Positions 61,128 through 64,000 of a stretch of 64,000 nt of DNA are shown piece by piece. The notes under the pieces were generated by a model. The model saw only the letters and a list, made by a program, of their open reading frames with translations, was not told the origin of the DNA and searched no databases. Made by a program: the position numbers and the translations under genes. Origin of the DNA: an uncultured Tyzzerella sp. (GTDB lineage: Bacteria > Bacillota > Clostridia > Lachnospirales > CAG-274). Within the stretch, counting starts at the first letter, position 1; each line of letters starts with the position of its first letter. Where the stretch lies: the NCBI RefSeq assembly GCF_963558545.1, contig NZ_CAUWHO010000008.1, positions 503-64,502 on the forward strand, read 5' to 3'.

Positions 61128-61348
61128 CTTTTATTTTTAATTTAAAATATAAATTATATAGTAATCCAAGTAAATCTAAAATAAGAGTGTAAAATTACAC
61201 TCTTATTTTAATCTATATAAACAAAAAAATAATTATAAATTGTTAAATAAATGGTATATTAAATATTTTATCTTTATTTTATAATCATTTTTTTGGAGCT
61301 TTATATTAATATACTATTATAAAGCTCCAAATGTTGATACAGTTTATA

Positions 61349-63292
61349 TTATTTTATTATTTTTTTATCTATTTCTTCTTTTATATCTTGTAAAAATATA
61401 TCTAATGATTTTGAGCCTAAATCTTCTCCACGACTTTTAATAGAAACTTCTCCCATTTCTTCTTCTTTTTCACCTATAACAAGTAAAAATGGTATCCTTT
61501 GAAGCCTAGCTTCTCTTATTTTGTATCCTATTTTTTCTGCTCTATAATCTGCCTCTGTTCTTATGCCATTATCTCTAAGCTTTTTAACAACACTTTCTGC
61601 ATAATCGTGATATTTTTCAGATAAAGGTAAAACAATAGATTGAACAGGTGCAAGCCAAGTTGGGAAATTACCTGCATATTTTTCTATTAGCATAGCCAAA
61701 GTTCTTTCATAACAACCAATAGATGTCCTGTGTATAATAATAGGATTTTTCTTTTCTCCATCTTTATCTACATAAGTCATATTAAATAGTTTACCTTGTA
61801 AAAAGTCTATTTGTACTGTTATAATAGTATCTTCTTTACCGTGAACATTTTTAAATTGTATATCTAATTTAGGTCCGTAAAAAGCTGCCTCACCTTCTGC
61901 TTCTGTAAAATTAAGACCTATTTCATTTAAAAGCTCACGCATAACATTTTGAGTTTCTTCCCATTGTTCTGGAGTACCCTCGTATTTCTCTTTATTGTTA
62001 GGGTCCCATTTAGAAAATCTATAACTAACATCTCCTTGTATACCAAAAGTATTCATCATAAAGTTTATTAAATCTACTGCACCTTTAAATTCTTCACCTA
62101 ATTGCTCTTTTGTACAAACAATATGCCCTTCTGATATAGTAAACTGACGTACCCTTATAAGTCCGTGCATTTCTCCAGAAGACTCATTTCTAAAAAGTGT
62201 AGATGTTTCTGCATATCTAATTGGCAAATCTCTATAACTATGTTGCTCTGCATTATATACAGTATATTGGAACGGACAAGTCATTGGCCTAAGAGCAAAC
62301 ACTTCCGAATCATTTTCTTCATCACCCAAAACAAACATACCATCTTTATAATGTTGCCAATGACCTGATATTTTATATAAATCATTTTTAGCCATTAAAG
62401 GAGTTTTTGTAAGTTTGTATCCTCTTTTTTCTTCTTCGTCTTCTACAAATCGTTGTAAAGTTTGTACTATCTTAGCACCCTTAGGCATTAAAAGTGGTAA
62501 TCCTTGTCCTATATCTTCAGATGTTGTAAATATACCAAGTTCTCTACCAAGACGGTTATGGTCTCTTTTTTTAGCCTCTTCTCTCTGCTCTAGATATGAT
62601 TCTAGCTCACTAGCTTTAGGAAATGCTGTTGCATATATTCTTGACAACATTTTATTTTTTTCGCTACCTTTCCAATATGCACCAGAAGAGCCTGATTCAT
62701 TTAATATTTTAATAGCTTTTAAATATTTTGTACTTAAAAGATGTGGGCCTGCACAAAGGTCTACAAAATCTCCTTGTTTATAAAAGCTAATAATTGCATC
62801 TTGTGGTAAATCATTTATAAGCTCTACTTTATAAGGCTCGTCATTTTCTTCCATTAATTTTAAAGCATCTTCTCTTGATAATTCAAATCTTTCTATTTTT
62901 AAATCTTCTTTTACTATTTTTTTCATTTCTTTTTCTATTTCCGCCAGTTCTTCAGCAGAAAATGGTTCTCTATCAAAATCGTAGTAAAAACCTTCATCTG
63001 TTGCAGGGCCTATTGCAAGCTTAGAATTAGGATATAATCTTTTAACAGCCTGTGCTAATATGTGAGAACCTGTATGTCTAAAGGCTTTTTTCCCTTCTTC
63101 TGTATCAAAAGTTAAAAGGCTTAAAGAACAGTCATCTTGTATAGGTGTTCTTATATCCATTACCTCTCCATCAACAAGACCTGCAAATGTATTTCTTGCT
63201 AGCCCTTCACTTATATTTTTTGCTATTTCAAGTATACTTATACCTTTTTCATATTGTTTTATACTTCCATCTTTTAAAGTAATATTTATCAT
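61349..63292 (-). CDS. thrS: Threonine-tRNA ligase
   Basis: 647 aa. TGS domain, editing domain (HTGSHILAQA) and class II core (FRNESSGEMHGLIRVRQFT). Confidence 0.97.
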   Translation of the reverse strand: MINITLKDGSIKQYEKGISILEIAKNISEGLARNTFAGLVDGEVMDIRTPIQDDCSLSLLTFDTEEGKKAFRHTGSHILAQAVKRLYPNSKLAIGPATDEGFYYDFDREPFSAEELAEIEKEMKKIVKEDLKIERFELSREDALKLMEENDEPYKVELINDLPQDAIISFYKQGDFVDLCAGPHLLSTKYLKAIKILNESGSSGAYWKGSEKNKMLSRIYATAFPKASELESYLEQREEAKKRDHNRLGRELGIFTTSEDIGQGLPLLMPKGAKIVQTLQRFVEDEEEKRGYKLTKTPLMAKNDLYKISGHWQHYKDGMFVLGDEENDSEVFALRPMTCPFQYTVYNAEQHSYRDLPIRYAETSTLFRNESSGEMHGLIRVRQFTISEGHIVCTKEQLGEEFKGAVDLINFMMNTFGIQGDVSYRFSKWDPNNKEKYEGTPEQWEETQNVMRELLNEIGLNFTEAEGEAAFYGPKLDIQFKNVHGKEDTIITVQIDFLQGKLFNMTYVDKDGEKKNPIIIHRTSIGCYERTLAMLIEKYAGNFPTWLAPVQSIVLPLSEKYHDYAESVVKKLRDNGIRTEADYRAEKIGYKIREARLQRIPFLLVIGEKEEEMGEVSIKSRGEDLGSKSLDIFLQDIKEEIDKKIIK

Positions 63293-63309
63293 AATATTCC
63301 TCCTTTTAT

Positions 63310-63550
63310 TTAATAATTAGACTAAAAAATCCCATTTTCCATAAAGGAAAATGGGACGTAAAATACGTGGTTCCACCCAAATTTATAGTTAAAAACTATT
63401 TCTCTAAAAGCCTTTAACGGAGCAACCCGTGCTTTATTAGAGCCAATACTCAAAGGTAGTCTTCGTTTACTTTTAGTTAAGATACTTACAGCCAATGGTA
63501 TCTCTCTCTAAAAACATCAAAATAAACTACTGTCCTTATCTCAAATTTAA
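63310..63550 (-). promoter_or_regulatory. T-box leader (Thr specifier) with terminator/antiterminator
   Basis: Minus strand has the AGAGA stem I element (63496-63506) and ACU ACC in the specifier region (about 63455). The T-box sequence AAAUUUGGGUGGAACCACG is at 63365-63383. Terminator hairpin tcccattttcc/ggaaaatggga plus U-run is at 63323-63355. Confidence 0.88.
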
Positions 63551-63559
63551 AATATACAA

Positions 63560-63588
63560 TATTATAACATTAAAAATAATATTAGTCA
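63560..63588 (-). promoter_or_regulatory. thrS promoter
   Basis: Minus strand TTGACT-N17-TATAAT with TGt extended -10. The -35 overlaps the PilZ gene stop region. Confidence 0.6.
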
Positions 63589-63980
63589 AATATTCTGCCT
63601 TTTTTAGATAAATCTCTTTGTTTTTCAAAAATATACCTAGATAAATCTTCAACATATTTTTCAGATATATTTTCTAGCCTACATCTATAAGAGTACTTAA
63701 ATTCTTCATCAGTACTTATCTTTTCTTTATATATTATACTTCCTATAGCTACTACAAATATACCTTCCACATTTATTAAAATTTTTATATATTTTCCTTT
63801 TTCTAGATTTTCATTACTAAAAAATTTAATACCACCATTACTTATATCAAAAGTTCTACCCTTAGATAATAAAATATCTGTATCTTTTAATGTTTCATCG
63901 CTAGCATCTTCTACAATATCAAATTCAAAATCTAAGCCTATCCTTAGCCTATAACTTGATCTTCTTTGTATTTTTTCCAT
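63582..63980 (-). CDS. Single-domain PilZ protein (c-di-GMP receptor)
   Basis: 132 aa with RRSSYR (RxxxR) and DISNGG (D/NxSxxG) motifs. Confidence 0.8.
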   Translation of the reverse strand: MEKIQRRSSYRLRIGLDFEFDIVEDASDETLKDTDILLSKGRTFDISNGGIKFFSNENLEKGKYIKILINVEGIFVVAIGSIIYKEKISTDEEFKYSYRCRLENISEKYVEDLSRYIFEKQRDLSKKGRIFD

Positions 63981-64000
63981 TTTTTTTAGTAGTTTAATCT

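Overview
This is a very AT-rich chromosomal segment from a flagellated, endospore-forming Firmicute. Gene content and order look Clostridia-like: sbcCD, mbl plus two rod genes, a relA-dtd-MBL-hemZ-hisS-aspS operon, sigG, groESL with CIRCE, secG-rnr, mutS2, and thrS behind a T-box. I can support about 56 protein genes, one tRNA-Leu(UAG), a TPP riboswitch, a Thr T-box leader, a CIRCE operator and several near-consensus sigma-A promoters and intrinsic terminators. Several ORF-track starts were moved to the ATG that has a real Shine-Dalgarno. Most of the window is housekeeping. The accessory part is a cell-surface cluster at about 22-34 kb: a wall-binding/TolC-like fusion, an Asn-rich CAP protein, an MCP, a cysteine-free S-layer candidate and a BspA-type LRR protein. 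The most unusual signal is non-coding. A 278-bp hairpin-dense element occurs as two inverted copies (34002-34279 and 58781-59058). Each copy lies between convergent genes and is bracketed by a local duplication of the 23-26 bp bidirectional terminator hairpin. Substitutions between the copies tend to preserve base pairing. No transposase, integrase or reverse transcriptase is present in the window, and I cannot assign the element to any family I know. Secondary observations are a recurrent 45-bp intergenic motif (4 copies, one strand), an untracked Spo0E-like small ORF, a SecG with a long acidic N-terminal extension, and sigG detached from spoIIGA-sigE. No CRISPR array, IS element or prophage is visible.
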